Positions 62,018 through 64,000 of a stretch of DNA of 64,000 bases are shown here, in pieces. Within the stretch, counting starts at the first letter, position 1. Each line of letters opens with the position of its first letter. The notes below the pieces were generated by a model, which saw nothing but the letters and a program-made list of their open reading frames with translations, searched no databases and was not told the origin of the DNA. The translations under genes were made by a program, and so were the position numbers. This stretch comes from Magallana gigas (taxonomy: Eukaryota): contig NC_088858.1 of the NCBI RefSeq assembly GCF_963853765.1, positions 6,882,001 to 6,946,000 on the forward strand, given 5' to 3'.

Positions 62018-64000
62018 AAATGGCACTTTATGTACCGAAATTGAGTTTATAATACTTCTTAGTGTTTAATATGACACTAGAGTACTTTCATCGATTAATT
62101 GACCAAGCTTCCACTAGATCGAAACGACACTCAAACATTAACAAATGCTACATTTTGTGCAATTTTCATTGCCAGCTAGTCAATATCCATTAAAAACATT
62201 AATTTAAAGTACATGCATTTTAATGATTAATGATTGTAGGTTATTCAAAAACTTATAAGGCACTGTAAAGTGAGCATTTTTCTGATGGAAATTGAACCAT
62301 CCATACAATAAATTTCATGTTCATCACCCTGCAACCTAGCTTAAAAGCTTTAGAAATAAAAAGTCTATATAATTTTTGGATCTAATAAAATGTTGGATAA
62401 ATACCTCCAATTACTATGTCTTTCTCTGATCTTTTATAAAGTTCATTGGAAACTCGTTCAGATAAACAATTACAGAAAAGATTTTTTTAAAAATAATATA
62501 TGGTCATAACATAAATGTTTCACTGAAGGAATCGCTGAAAAGAATAGATGGTACAGCCCTATTTCCTCTCAAGTCTTTCAGTTTACAGACTAGAGAAAAC
62601 AGAAAATCTGCTGTACTATTATAATTGTAGTTCTCCCGCAGACAAACAGAGTGGGAACAATAGCGTGAAAGACCAATATTTAATAGACCGATTTCTGTAT
62701 ACCGGTATTTACTCAACATAGAAAGCAATTGTTGTATAACTATCTGACTCGGTAACTCCTAAAGATGGATTGCATTGTTCGAAAAATAAAACAGTTTAGC
62801 GGTATTGATAAGAAGAGTTTCTATAATTCAATACACTGTACCCACGCACTGACGATGGTTCAACAAAGATTATATCAAGTGCAAATTGAACTTTTTCGAA
62901 TTAGTATGAAAATACAGCATGCATTTGCACTTAAAATAAAGACAGAATGATTGTACCACCTTAATGAAAGTTTTTAGCACACTTTTCTGGTGAAAAAAAG
63001 AATTGGAGCACTTCTCTAAGGAAAAAGATTGAAAAAATTTAGATTCAATAATGAAATAAAAGTGTGAAAATAACCACTTTTAAAAGGATTGTAAGTACTT
63101 TAAACACTTTTAATTCTATCTTAAATGTTAATATCTCAATCATTATAACACATCTCAAACCTCAGGAATCTCTTTTTTTTTTATTTAAGTGTAATTTAAG
63201 AATTACTTTTAAGGAAGCAGTTAAGAATTTTCTTTAGCTTTCTTAAATGTTTGGTAGAATTGCAGGGTTTTCTTGAACTGAATGGCTTGGATGAACTAAT
63301 TGATTTTCTCGGATTGATCGTATGGTACAGCACGACAATACTAAAGGGACAAGGCATGTACAGAAATCAAATTTACTAGTGATGCCTACAGAAAACCTGT
63401 CTTGAAGTCTATTATCAGAGCCCAGAGCCAAGTTTTTTGTCATGCAACCCACGTCTTGGAATCTTTAGACCCAAACTCGACGGCAGAACGAGCTGCAAAC
63501 AAGCTCGCCAAGTCCAAATTTAAGGCTACATATTGATCAAACACAGACAAGAGGAAGAATTTACACTGCACAGTCAGGCAACATGGACCTTGGTACCAAG
63601 ACTTGGATAAAAGCTTCCTCCCAATGTAATTACTACTGTTTCATCACCAGCTATCCTTCATCAGGACAACAATACTAGATATACAGTGATAAAACATGGA
63701 ATCACTTGTAATATAGTAATGTAATATGATGGAGAGCGCTTTTATCAGAATGTTCACGTCTTTTCCAAAACCCCATAAGTTTACATAAACATTATCAGAA
63801 TCGTAACAAAATCATAAAAGTGCACTTTGGACTATAGTGTCTAAGAAATGATACATAAATATTGTTCCCTTCTTGTAGCTCCTCAATTGTTACAGTAAAG
63901 ATATAGATTTAGAGGTAAGAAAAAAGATATGTACATGTATTCTACTGTAAATATTTCTTCACTATGATATTTTATGATCATAGCGTGCAACATTTCATTT

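Noticed and set aside
63240-63620. Possible decayed LINE or exon fragment
   Set aside because: Multiple stops and no motif I could recognise with confidence.

Overview
AT-rich, intron-containing animal DNA. The repeat families and gene content suggest a bivalve mollusc, probably an oyster (inference). There are three spliced protein-coding genes, all reconstructed by hand with phase-consistent GT-AG introns. (1) A + strand membrane guanylate cyclase with a NIT nitrate/nitrite-sensing domain (5236-8047, 6 exons, 697 aa). (2) A convergent - strand leucine-rich-repeat gene, LRRC74-like (8593 to at least 13201, 5' end unresolved). (3) A large - strand alpha-neurexin (17421-52320, 16 core exons, about 1467 aa, ending KEWYV), with probable non-coding 5' exons out to about 59060. 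Introns carry many non-autonomous DNA transposons (Tc1/mariner-, Harbinger-, Kolobok- and Helentron-type) and several minisatellites. Main highlights: candidate in-frame neurexin microexons at positions equivalent to vertebrate SS2 and SS4, a candidate LNS4 insert, and a 525-nt stalk cassette with a second acidic Ser-Gly site. Three neurexin minisatellites each appear to have grown out of a 5' splice site; one is an array of about 20 bipartite STAR/QKI-type motifs on the sense strand. Also noted: a duplicated PDZ tail behind the neurexin stop, back-to-back poly(A) signals between the two convergent genes, and a 5-kb ETS-motif-rich Helentron concatemer in the neurexin 5' region. No RNA or database evidence was available, so exon usage, family names and regulatory roles are predictions.
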